A DNA stretch of 64,000 nucleotides from a virus (Duplodnaviria > Heunggongvirae > Uroviricota > Caudoviricetes): the IMG/VR virus record IMGVR_UViG_3300019776_000583, positions 20,162 to 84,161 of that record, one strand, 5' to 3'. Below the pieces are notes generated by a model that saw nothing but the letters and a program-made list of their open reading frames with translations, was not told the origin of the DNA and did no database searches. The position numbers were made by a program, and so were the translations under genes. Shown here piece after piece: positions 1-8,377 of the stretch; the stretch's first letter is position 1, and every line of letters begins with the position of its first letter.

Positions 1-369
1 CAGACCGCCTACAAGGCAGCCTCGCTCGAGGCCACCACACTTAAGAGGGAGAGAGAGCATGCAATCGCCGAAGCCATCGCCGAAGCCCGCAACCTGGAGC
101 GCCAGGCAGCGCTGGCCAACGAGGCGCGCCTGCGGTCTGCTGTTGCTGTCGAGCGCCGCGACGCTGAGCGGCTGCGGGCACAACTCGCCGATTCCCTCGG
201 TCGAGCCTGCAGCGCCACTGCAGATTCCGGGGCCGCCGGTGACGCAGCGGCCGCCGCCATCGGGGACGTACTGGCAGAAGCACTGCGAGTTCAGGCGCAG
301 CTTGCAGGAGCAGCTGAAGGTCACGCTGGAGAGGTCCGAGCACTGCTCGACGCCTGGCCAGGCAAGTGA
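1..369 (+). CDS. C-terminal part of a coiled-coil protein (5' end lies outside the window)
   Basis: Frame 1 is open from base 1 to the TGA at 367-369 with strong GC3 bias. Ala/Arg/Glu-rich heptad-like sequence (ERRDAERLRAQLADSL). Confidence 0.5.
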   Translation, partial: QTAYKAASLEATTLKREREHAIAEAIAEARNLERQAALANEARLRSAVAVERRDAERLRAQLADSLGRACSATADSGAAGDAAAAAIGDVLAEALRVQAQLAGAAEGHAGEVRALLDAWPGK

Positions 370-935
370 GGCGCAACCAGGTCAAGGGCGCCAAGAAGAT
401 CAAGCGTCGGGCCAGGCTGGCTCCACGCGCTGAGCGCCGGCATCTGCAGCGCCGCTCGAGGGCCTTCAACGAGCGCGCGCCGCATGCCCGGCGCTACGAC
501 CTGTGGCCTGGCGCGTGGATGACGGAGATGGCCGGCCACCCGTGGTCCCGCATCGAGCTGCGCATCGCGACCAACAGGTTCTGGATGCTGCGCGAGGCCT
601 GGCTGCTTGGCTCCGACGTTGCAAACGATGGCGCCACGCAGGGCTGCGTGATCAACAGGGTGAAATCCCACGTGCGTGGAATGTCGCGCCCGGCGCGAGG
701 AGAGCGCGGCAGAATCGCGACCGTCCTGCTCAACGAGGTCGACCTTCTGAGTCGCCCTTCGGAGATCGGGGCTCACGAGATGACGCACGCCGCGCTGCGC
801 TTCATGGACGTCCGCGGCATCAGGCTCACCGGAGGCATCATCGAAGAGGAGGCCCTCTGCTACACGGTGGGAGAGCTGGTGCGCCAGCTCAACAGCATCT
901 TCTACGCTCACAGCTACAGGCGGCCCAGCCGATGA
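366..935 (+). CDS. Hypothetical protein with an HExxH zinc-metallopeptidase motif (GAHEMTHAAL)
   Basis: Strong GC3 periodicity. GTG start overlaps the upstream stop (GTGA). HEMTH motif near the C-terminus. Confidence 0.5.
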   Translation: MRRNQVKGAKKIKRRARLAPRAERRHLQRRSRAFNERAPHARRYDLWPGAWMTEMAGHPWSRIELRIATNRFWMLREAWLLGSDVANDGATQGCVINRVKSHVRGMSRPARGERGRIATVLLNEVDLLSRPSEIGAHEMTHAALRFMDVRGIRLTGGIIEEEALCYTVGELVRQLNSIFYAHSYRRPSR

Positions 936-1354
936 CCACCATCACAGTCGACGCAGCGCTCGGCATCATGTGCGCCGACTCACACTGGAGCGACGGCCTC
1001 GAGAAGGGCCCGATGCGCAAGGTGTGGCGCATCAACGGCGCGCTCGTTGGCTTCGCTGGGGCCCTCGATGCCATCGAGGCCACCAAGGCCTACCTGAAGG
1101 ATGGCTGCAACGGCAAGCCCCCACCCCAAGCCTGCGCCAGCGCCCTGCTGCTCGACGGGACCAAGGTCTGCACATGGACGCGCCTGGACGGATTCACGAC
1201 GGTCCCGGGCAGGTACGCAATAGGCTCAGGTGGCGCGGCCGCCCGGGCCGCACTCGAAGCCGGTGCCAGCGCCTCCAAGGCCCTGGCGATCGCCCGCAAC
1301 ATCGACGCAAGAACCAGCGGAAGGACGCGCGTGTACAAACTGAACACCAGCTGA
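932..1354 (+). CDS. HslV / proteasome-beta-like N-terminal-nucleophile (Thr) peptidase
   Basis: Begins MTTITVD, so Thr1 would be exposed after Met removal, as in HslV TTIV. GFAG and AIGSGGAAARAAL motifs align with HslV GFAGG and AIGSGG...ARAL. ATGA start/stop coupling with the upstream gene. Confidence 0.75.
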   Translation: MTTITVDAALGIMCADSHWSDGLEKGPMRKVWRINGALVGFAGALDAIEATKAYLKDGCNGKPPPQACASALLLDGTKVCTWTRLDGFTTVPGRYAIGSGGAAARAALEAGASASKALAIARNIDARTSGRTRVYKLNTS

Positions 1355-2535
1355 TGAATCCCATCGAAAGAATCGACCCCGGGCTCTTGCAGTTCGCGTC
1401 CGCGCGACAGATTGAGTTCATCGATGCGATCGAGAAGCACGGCTCACAGACTGCTGCAGCTCGCGCGCTGGGCCTGACTCGCAACACTATCTCCGAGTCG
1501 ATGGCCAGGCTGCGTGAGCGCGCAGCGAAGCAGGGCTACTCGCCCGAGCATGCCTGGAAGCAGCCGGTGCCCGACACGCACGTGGCCAAGGGCGTGTCCA
1601 CCTACTACGACGCCGATGGCAAGGTCCGCGGGCAGTGGGTGAAGGCTGACTTGAGGGCTGGTGAACAGCTGGCCGCCATGAGGTCCGCCGCCGCCGCGAT
1701 GGCAGAGGAGATCCCTCGCGCCTCCCCAATCGAGGGGCCGATCCCCACTGGCGACGAGCTACTGAACGTCTATGTGCTGACAGATGTGCACATCGGTGCT
1801 TTGTGCTGGGCCAAGGAGACCGGCGAGGACTGGGACCTGGCGATAGCCGAGCGGACCCTGTGGGGCTGCTTCGAGAAAATGATCGAGTCGGCGCCGGCTG
1901 CGCGCCACGCCTATGTGGCACAGCTCGGCGACTTCCTTCACAGCGACTCCATGAAGGCGCTGACGCCGGCGAGCGGGCACCTCCTCGATCAGGATGGCCG
2001 CTTCCCAAAGCTGGTGGCGGTGGCCATCCGCGTGTTGCGCCGCATCGTCAACCTGGCGCTCGCAAAGCACGAGCGGGTGACCGTGCTGATGGCGGACGCC
2101 AACCACGACCCGGTGTCTGGCATGTGGCTGCGCGCGATGTTCAGGGCGCTCTACGAGAACGAGCCCCGCATCGAGGTGGTCGACAGCGAGTTCCCCTACT
2201 ACGGGCACCAGCACGGCGAGACGATGGTCTGCTTCCATCACGGCCACCTGGCCAAGAAGGAGGCGCTGCCGCTGCTGTTCGCTACCGCCTTCTCGAAGAT
2301 CTGGGGCGCCACCAAACATCGCGTGGTGCATGTTGGGCACATGCACCACACCGATGAAAAGGAGCACAACGGGATGACCGTGTTCCAGCACCCGACGATC
2401 GCCGCCAAGGACGCCTACGCGGCCCGCGGCGGGTGGCTCGCTCAGCGCGCGGCAAATTGCGTGACCTATCACAAGAAGCATGGAGAGGTGTCGCGGATCA
2501 AGGTGAGGCCGGAGATGCTGGAGACCGCGCTTTGA
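1354..2535 (+). CDS. HTH-domain plus calcineurin-like metallophosphoesterase fusion protein
   Basis: ATG overlaps the upstream stop (TGATG). N-terminal HTH (SQTAAARALGLTRNTISESMARLRE). Metallophosphoesterase motifs LTDVHIG, GDFLHSD, ANHD, HHGH, GHMHH. Confidence 0.75.
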   Translation: MNPIERIDPGLLQFASARQIEFIDAIEKHGSQTAAARALGLTRNTISESMARLRERAAKQGYSPEHAWKQPVPDTHVAKGVSTYYDADGKVRGQWVKADLRAGEQLAAMRSAAAAMAEEIPRASPIEGPIPTGDELLNVYVLTDVHIGALCWAKETGEDWDLAIAERTLWGCFEKMIESAPAARHAYVAQLGDFLHSDSMKALTPASGHLLDQDGRFPKLVAVAIRVLRRIVNLALAKHERVTVLMADANHDPVSGMWLRAMFRALYENEPRIEVVDSEFPYYGHQHGETMVCFHHGHLAKKEALPLLFATAFSKIWGATKHRVVHVGHMHHTDEKEHNGMTVFQHPTIAAKDAYAARGGWLAQRAANCVTYHKKHGEVSRIKVRPEMLETAL

Positions 2536-2781
2536 CGGTCATCATCTATGCGCACTACAGGCCTTGCGCGCAGCTCCGCAGGTTCGCCGAGCGTGGCGCT
2601 CCCCTTCAGTCGGAGGAGACCAGGCGGAAGCGGGCAGAGAGTGCTCGCATCTCCTGGATCGCGAGGCGGGCGTCGAGCGGGGGCTCGGCCGCCTGATCCG
2701 CGTTCGCGGGTGGCGCAGCCCCGCGGGTGTGGCTATGTTCGCGCGTCAAATCCCGCACTGCGTGCTTCACCGAAGGGCCCC

Positions 2782-2955
2782 ATGGCTGCCACCACATCCG
2801 ACATGATCGACAAGGGCTCGAAGGCCTACGAGAAGGCCTGGGACGAGGCCCCGAAGGAGTTCGAGGCCTGCAAGGGTTGCAAGACCCCCGGCTACTGCAA
2901 AGAGCAGGGCTGCCAATCGAAAGAGGCCGCCACGATGAAGAAGATGGTGGGCTGA
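2782..2955 (+). CDS. Small Cys-rich protein (57 aa; CKGCKTPGYCKEQGC)
   Basis: Clean GC3 periodicity only from this ATG onward. The upstream part of listed ORF 2548..2955 lacks coding bias. Confidence 0.5.
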   Translation: MAATTSDMIDKGSKAYEKAWDEAPKEFEACKGCKTPGYCKEQGCQSKEAATMKKMVG

Positions 2956-2956
2956 A

Positions 2957-3466
2957 GTGGGCTTCCTGAAGAAGCTGAGGAATGCGGTCGGCGGGGTGGT
3001 CTCCAAGCTACCCGGCGGCTCCCAGATCCAGAAGGTGGTGGGCAAGGACCCGATCGCCCAGTCCATCATGAAGGTGGACCCTCTGGCTCGAGACATGGCC
3101 GGCGCTGCCGGCCTCATCGCGCCGGGCCAGGCTGCCGACCCCGCCCAGGCTCCAGTCAGGACGGGCTTCCAACCTCCAACGTCTCGCAATGCCGGCTGGC
3201 AGGGTGAGCGCGTCGCTGCGCTTCGAGCGCGGTTTGCAAGGCCTGGCGCCGCGCCAGTTGGAGCGGCTCCTGTGGGCGTCGCCCCGGTCGCGGCCGCCCC
3301 GGTGAGCGCCACGCCCCCTCCTGTTGCGACTGGCGCCGGCGTGACCGCAGCACCCGCCATTTCTCCGCCTTCCGTGGCAGCGCCCGCATCGGTCCCCATG
3401 AACCCCGCGCAACAGGACATCGACACGTACTCGTATGCCTGGGACCGCGCGAACAACACGTACTGA
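2957..3466 (+). CDS. Hypothetical Pro/Ala-rich protein with AAPVG repeats
   Basis: GTG start 1 nt after the upstream stop. Coding GC3 bias. Repetitive AAPVGAAPVGVAPVAAAPV segment. Confidence 0.45.
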   Translation: MGFLKKLRNAVGGVVSKLPGGSQIQKVVGKDPIAQSIMKVDPLARDMAGAAGLIAPGQAADPAQAPVRTGFQPPTSRNAGWQGERVAALRARFARPGAAPVGAAPVGVAPVAAAPVSATPPPVATGAGVTAAPAISPPSVAAPASVPMNPAQQDIDTYSYAWDRANNTY

Positions 3467-3472
3467 GGACCA

Positions 3473-3853
3473 ATGGATCGCCAATTCACACCCGACGAGA
3501 TCGGCAACCCGAAGAAGACCATGGCTCGACGCATGGCCAACGCTGAGGATGAGCCGGTCGGTGGCCTGATCCCCTCGACTGAGAAGGACTCTGGTCAACG
3601 CCAATTCCTCTACGGCCCCAAGCGCAAGCCCAAGAGCAAGGAAGAGGAGGATCGGAAGCGGGGTGATCTCGAGCGGCTCATACGGAAGCGCGACGAGGAC
3701 ATGAAGAACTCGCAATCCGACTTCGAGAAGGAGTTCTCCAAGGACTCCGAGGCGCCCCTGACGGACGCTGTTGTGGCCTCCAGAAAGGCCGCTACGCGGC
3801 CCGCCGAAGAGTCGGATGAAGAGTACGTGGACGCATACCAGGCTGAGGCCTGA
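3473..3853 (+). CDS. Hypothetical highly charged protein (KRKPKSKEEEDRKRGDLERL)
   Basis: GAGGA Shine-Dalgarno 5 nt upstream of the ATG. Strong GC3 bias. Confidence 0.6.
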   Translation: MDRQFTPDEIGNPKKTMARRMANAEDEPVGGLIPSTEKDSGQRQFLYGPKRKPKSKEEEDRKRGDLERLIRKRDEDMKNSQSDFEKEFSKDSEAPLTDAVVASRKAATRPAEESDEEYVDAYQAEA

Positions 3854-3868
3854 GCCGAAGGAAAAGAC

Positions 3869-5941
3869 ATGCTGAAAAAAGTTGGAAACGACGTCGCAGA
3901 AGCCGTTGTTCTTGTCGACCCGATAACTGGCGAGGCCTACGCCGCCAGTGGTGGTGGTGGCGGTGGTGGCAGTGGCGGCAGCGTCACCCTGCCTGGCGTG
4001 AGCGGAACCACCGCTCAGGCGGTTCAAGGCATCTCCGGCGGCGTGGCCATGCCTGTCAGCAACACCAGCCTGGCCAACATTGACATCGACCTTGGCACCC
4101 CTTCGGATGCTGCTGCAACCACCGACGCCGGAGCGTTCTCTCTGATTTCGCTGGTCAAGCGGGCGCTGCAGAACTGGACGTCTCTCCTGGCTCGGCTGCC
4201 GTCTGCGTTGACGGCCGTCCCCAGCCCGGACCAGGCCGCCCAGCCGATGCGGATCGTGGGCCAAAACGCCACCGGCGCTGGCTTCAGCGCGGTTGGCGCA
4301 TCGGTGATCGATAGCTTCTTCGTCCAGACGCCCGTCGTCACGGGCGGCGTCACGTACAACCAGGCAGCTGGCTCACTCAACGTGGTGGCAGGAACCACGG
4401 TCAACGCTGAGTTTCTGGCTCGCTCGGTGTCAGCGTTCAGGGGCTCTCTGCGCCAGAGATTCTCGCTCGTGGCGTCGCAGCGAATCGTCAACAACAACTT
4501 TGCAGTTTTGCTGGCCGACCTGATCGGCGAGTCCTTGAGTTTCACCATCAACTCGACGACATCCGTCACGGTCAACGTGCCGGGGAACACCTTCGATTCC
4601 ACGATGGTTGGTCAGTTCGTCAACATCGGCGGCATCGTCAGTGCGGCGGCCGCCGTGCCGGGCCGCTACGCGGTCGCCAGCGTAGTGACTGGGGTGAGCA
4701 TCACCTTCACCGTGGCTGGCTACCCTGCGACTGGCACTGGCACTTGCACGCTGTTCGGCCGCAACTACGTGCGACACCTCGTCACCGGCGCCACAGCCAC
4801 CGCGCTCAACGTCGACGCCCAGCGCAACGGATGGGCGACTGGTGATACCGCCGCCGTCATCAACACCACCGCCGCCCCCGGCACGGTTGTGCAGACTGAG
4901 TTGACCGGACGCGAGGTGTTCTTCTCCGACTCGCTGAGGGCTTCCAGTACCGCGCCCAGCTTCGTCACCAGGGCATCGAGATACGAAAACATCCCCGATC
5001 AGTCGATCGACCTGTACGTGTTCCTCTGGAACTTCAACGGCACAGTCGCGCCGGCGAGCTCGAGCACGTTCTCTATGGCCCACCTATCGGTCGAGAACTT
5101 TGCGAACCTGCCGGTTTACATCCAGGGGGCGCGATCGATGGGCCAGCAGAATGCACTTCCGGTGCAGCTGCAGGCGGGGGCCAACAGCATCGGCTCGATT
5201 GGCACCGTGACCACGGTCACCGGCGTCACGACCGTCTCAACGGTCACGACGGTTGGGTCGGTGACGGCAGCCAACCTGAACATTCCCGGCATCATCGCTG
5301 ACGTGGCCTCGGCCGCACTGACCGCATCTGCCACAACGGCCGCGTTCACGCCGACGTTTGGGCCGAGCTACGAGGTCAACATTCCCGTCACCGCAGTCAC
5401 GGGAACCCTACCCACCCTGGATGTCGGCATCGAGGAGTCGGACGACAGCGGGACCAACTGGTTCAGGGTGTACGACTTCCCGCGCATCACGGCGACAGGC
5501 ATCTACCGCAGCCCGAAGCTGGCACTGACCGGCAACCGCGTGCGCTACGTGCAGACGGTCGGCGGCACGACGCCGTCATTTACCCGGGCCGTGAACCGCC
5601 TGCAGTCCAGCGACCGCGGGCAGAACATCCGGCAGTTGGTTGACCGCACCGTGGCTCTGGCAACGCTGACCAGCGCCACGCCGGCGCTCAACGTCCAGAA
5701 CAGCACCAACCTGCAACTTCAGGTCAACATCGGAGCCGCCAGCACGGCCCCGTCTCTTCAGATCCAGGGTTCTGACGATGGCGGGGCAAGCTGGTACAGC
5801 ATCGGAGCTCCGTTGGCTGCCGTCGCCTCCAGCACCGTTTCGCTGACCGTCAACAACGTGCAGGCCCAGCAGTCCCGGGCCATTGTCTCGACTGCTGGCA
5901 CTGGCGTGACTTCTGGCTATGTTCTGTTGAAAGCATTCTGA
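3869..5941 (+). CDS. Virion structural protein, fibre-like (Gly/Thr/Ser/Val-rich, 690 aa)
   Basis: GAAGGA Shine-Dalgarno. Poly-Gly (GGGGGGGSGG) near the N-terminus. VTTVTGVTTVSTVTTVG repeat. Composition typical of tail or head fibres. Confidence 0.6.
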   Translation: MLKKVGNDVAEAVVLVDPITGEAYAASGGGGGGGSGGSVTLPGVSGTTAQAVQGISGGVAMPVSNTSLANIDIDLGTPSDAAATTDAGAFSLISLVKRALQNWTSLLARLPSALTAVPSPDQAAQPMRIVGQNATGAGFSAVGASVIDSFFVQTPVVTGGVTYNQAAGSLNVVAGTTVNAEFLARSVSAFRGSLRQRFSLVASQRIVNNNFAVLLADLIGESLSFTINSTTSVTVNVPGNTFDSTMVGQFVNIGGIVSAAAAVPGRYAVASVVTGVSITFTVAGYPATGTGTCTLFGRNYVRHLVTGATATALNVDAQRNGWATGDTAAVINTTAAPGTVVQTELTGREVFFSDSLRASSTAPSFVTRASRYENIPDQSIDLYVFLWNFNGTVAPASSSTFSMAHLSVENFANLPVYIQGARSMGQQNALPVQLQAGANSIGSIGTVTTVTGVTTVSTVTTVGSVTAANLNIPGIIADVASAALTASATTAAFTPTFGPSYEVNIPVTAVTGTLPTLDVGIEESDDSGTNWFRVYDFPRITATGIYRSPKLALTGNRVRYVQTVGGTTPSFTRAVNRLQSSDRGQNIRQLVDRTVALATLTSATPALNVQNSTNLQLQVNIGAASTAPSLQIQGSDDGGASWYSIGAPLAAVASSTVSLTVNNVQAQQSRAIVSTAGTGVTSGYVLLKAF

Positions 5942-5973
5942 ACGTGAGACGCAAGGGCCACCAGGAGTAGACC

Positions 5974-6288
5974 ATGTCACGCAACTACGACGCATCACAA
6001 GTAGGCAGGCCCTACGTCAGGGTCCCTTCGATCCAGATCAAGTACCCGTCCCCGCTGCATGCCACTGTCACCTTTCAGGAGGTGGAGGCTGTCGTTCTGC
6101 AGGATGGCTCGGTGCGCCAGATCGGCGATCTGGGCGAGCGCAGCTTCAGCGTCGACCCCGGTGACATGGACGATGTCCTCCAGCTCCGAGACCCGACGAC
6201 GGGGAACGTCATCCCTGGCGCCACGATGACGGTCCAGCAGCTGATGCTCGGAATGCTTGCGATCATCCGCCGCGAGCAGACGAAGTGA
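5974..6288 (+). CDS. Hypothetical protein (104 aa)
   Basis: AGGAG Shine-Dalgarno. GC3 bias. Confidence 0.6.
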   Translation: MSRNYDASQVGRPYVRVPSIQIKYPSPLHATVTFQEVEAVVLQDGSVRQIGDLGERSFSVDPGDMDDVLQLRDPTTGNVIPGATMTVQQLMLGMLAIIRREQTK

Positions 6289-6761
6289 AGATCGCGCACT
6301 ACGTCGGCCGACACGCGAACGACGGCCTGTCGGCGCGCCTTGGGTGGGCCATTGTCCGCGCCGTGCAGCGCGGCGAGTTCAAGCGCGTCACGCACGTCGA
6401 GTCGATCATCGATGAGCATGAAGACGGCTCCGTGACGATCGCAAGCTCAAGCCTGCGAGACGGCGGCGTGCGCGCCAAGCGCGTGCGACTCACGCCCGGC
6501 GCCTGGATCATCGCCGACGTGCCGCAGTGGGACCGCAGCGCGGCAAAGGAATTGCTCGCCGCGACCGCGGGCCGCCCCTACGACACCCTCGGTGCTGTCG
6601 CCACCGTCATGCCGACCCGCCAGAACAGCGCCCAGTACTTCTGCAGCGAGTGGGTTGGCGCGCCGTACCTGCGCAGCGCCCACATCTTTGGCCCGGCCCA
6701 GCTGGCGGCGCTGACTTTCAGCATAGGCCGCGACGTGACGGCCGAGTTCTTCGGGGCCTGA
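6285..6761 (+). CDS. Hypothetical protein (158 aa)
   Basis: GTG start overlaps the upstream stop (GTGA). GC3 bias. Confidence 0.5.
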   Translation: MKIAHYVGRHANDGLSARLGWAIVRAVQRGEFKRVTHVESIIDEHEDGSVTIASSSLRDGGVRAKRVRLTPGAWIIADVPQWDRSAAKELLAATAGRPYDTLGAVATVMPTRQNSAQYFCSEWVGAPYLRSAHIFGPAQLAALTFSIGRDVTAEFFGA

Positions 6762-6766
6762 GAAGC

Positions 6767-8359
6767 ATGGCATCACCCAACTCAGACATCTACTCGTCGG
6801 CGACCGCCCCCGTGTACGGAGGCAGGACCGCCTCCGCGCCGGCGCCGAGTCCCTCGCCATCGCCGAGCCCGTCTCCGTCTCCTTCACCGTCTCCTTCGCC
6901 GTCTCCGTCGCCTTCGCCTTCGCCGTCACCGAGCCCATCTCCGTCGCCTGCAATCGTGCTGTCTGCGACTGGGAACGCCACGGTCGGCGTCGCGTACACC
7001 ATCACGGCCACTGCCTCCAACCTGACGGCCGGCCTCGTTGGCACTCCAGAGAACGTCACTGGAAGCGCGACCTTCAGCCCCACGACGATCAACCCGGCTC
7101 CAGGCGAACTCAGCAAGCTCTTCAGCGCCACCTACGCCTCCGCTGGAAGCGCATCGGTGCGCGTGACAGCACCTGGCGTGGTGAGCAACACGCTATCGAT
7201 CACCGTCGTGGCAGCCCCGACCCCAGCGCCCGCCCCGGCCCCAGCTCCGGCGCCAGCCCCGTCGACATCGGCTCCGGCCGTGGCCACCGGAGGCACTGTG
7301 CTTGTGTCGGCCACTGCGGCTGGCACCGGCTGGACCAAGCTGTCGCAGTCAGCGTCCGGGACCCTGAACACCGCAGCCGACATCGTGAACCCGTCGCAAC
7401 ACTCCGGAGCTGTGTGGGACAACGCCCGCTCCAGGATGTGGATGGTGGGCGCCGAGACGCACTCGTACGTGGACTTTGGCATGACCAACAGCCCGTACTA
7501 CTGGGACGCCATCACGGGTCAGTTTGGCCGCATGCACGACCACGACCTGAGCGCCAACTACAGAGTGAGCGCGGATGGCATCTGGTATGGAAATTCAGCA
7601 AAGACCCGGCCCCCAGCGCTGCACGTCTACAACCGCATCCGCATGAACGCAGCGGGGAGCCTTGAGCTTTCCTACCCTGCCCAAGATCACCTGTACGTGA
7701 CCCCGATCCTGGAGGGCTCGATCACCGGGCCGAACGCGAAGACCCCGTTCTGGACCTACAACCCGTCGACAGGCCTCTGGAGCAACGACGGGTCTCCTGG
7801 CGACACATCGGCGTGGGCGAACAACGGTAACTCGTTCTGCGGAACCGAGTACGTCTCCGGGTTTGGTTGGGTGACCGCTGAGGACGTTCGCGTCCGCGTG
7901 CTGTCGGACTCTCGGGTCATGACGACGACCAGCGTGTCGGGTCTGACGCCGGGCCCGGTTCACAACAAGATCCTGCCGATCTCGGGTAGTCGCGTCGTCG
8001 CCATGCTCACCGGCGGAAACACGACTCTATGCGTGATTCATCCGCTGCTGAACCTGGCCACCACCACATCGCGCCTGGTGGCCTCGTACCCGGCCCTGGC
8101 CAACCATGATGTGACCTCCTGCGGCTCATGCCTGATGCCGGACGGGCGGATTCTGTTCACGGCTCGGAACTCAGCGGGGCGCTTTGTCGCATTCATCTTC
8201 GACGTGGATGCGAACACCGTGACATCGACCGGGCACACCATTCCCGCTGAGCACCCCGGATACCAGTGGAAGTTTGTGTGGGCCACTTCGCTGAACTGTG
8301 CGCTGTTGTACACGCTGGACGCCTCCAATGTTGCTGCGGTTTGGTCGCTCAAGCTCTAA
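6767..8359 (+). CDS. Tail fibre / receptor-binding protein with (Ser-Pro)24 and (Ala-Pro)n linkers
   Basis: ATG 6 nt after the upstream stop. About 48 aa of perfect SP repeat, then an APAPAPAPAP stretch, then a globular C-terminal domain. Confidence 0.65.
   Translation: MASPNSDIYSSATAPVYGGRTASAPAPSPSPSPSPSPSPSPSPSPSPSPSPSPSPSPSPSPAIVLSATGNATVGVAYTITATASNLTAGLVGTPENVTGSATFSPTTINPAPGELSKLFSATYASAGSASVRVTAPGVVSNTLSITVVAAPTPAPAPAPAPAPAPSTSAPAVATGGTVLVSATAAGTGWTKLSQSASGTLNTAADIVNPSQHSGAVWDNARSRMWMVGAETHSYVDFGMTNSPYYWDAITGQFGRMHDHDLSANYRVSADGIWYGNSAKTRPPALHVYNRIRMNAAGSLELSYPAQDHLYVTPILEGSITGPNAKTPFWTYNPSTGLWSNDGSPGDTSAWANNGNSFCGTEYVSGFGWVTAEDVRVRVLSDSRVMTTTSVSGLTPGPVHNKILPISGSRVVAMLTGGNTTLCVIHPLLNLATTTSRLVASYPALANHDVTSCGSCLMPDGRILFTARNSAGRFVAFIFDVDANTVTSTGHTIPAEHPGYQWKFVWATSLNCALLYTLDASNVAAVWSLKL
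6847..6950 (+). repeat. Hexanucleotide (TCGCCG)n tandem repeat encoding (Ser-Pro)n
   Basis: Visible perfect tandem repeat in the DNA and in the translation. Confidence 0.9.
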
Positions 8360-8377
8360 GGATCAAGGAAAGACAAC

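Noticed and set aside
1759-2481. 240-aa minus-strand ORF
   Set aside because: It is antisense to the phosphoesterase gene. Its Arg/Gly/Leu-rich junk composition is typical of antisense frames in high-GC DNA.
970-2535. 521-aa ORF spanning the HslV-like gene and the phosphoesterase gene
   Set aside because: The first 384 nt overlap the HslV-like CDS in another frame. The real start is the ATG at 1354, coupled to the upstream stop.
2548-2955. 135-aa ORF
   Set aside because: Only the last 174 nt (from the ATG at 2782) show coding periodicity. The upstream part is probably non-coding.
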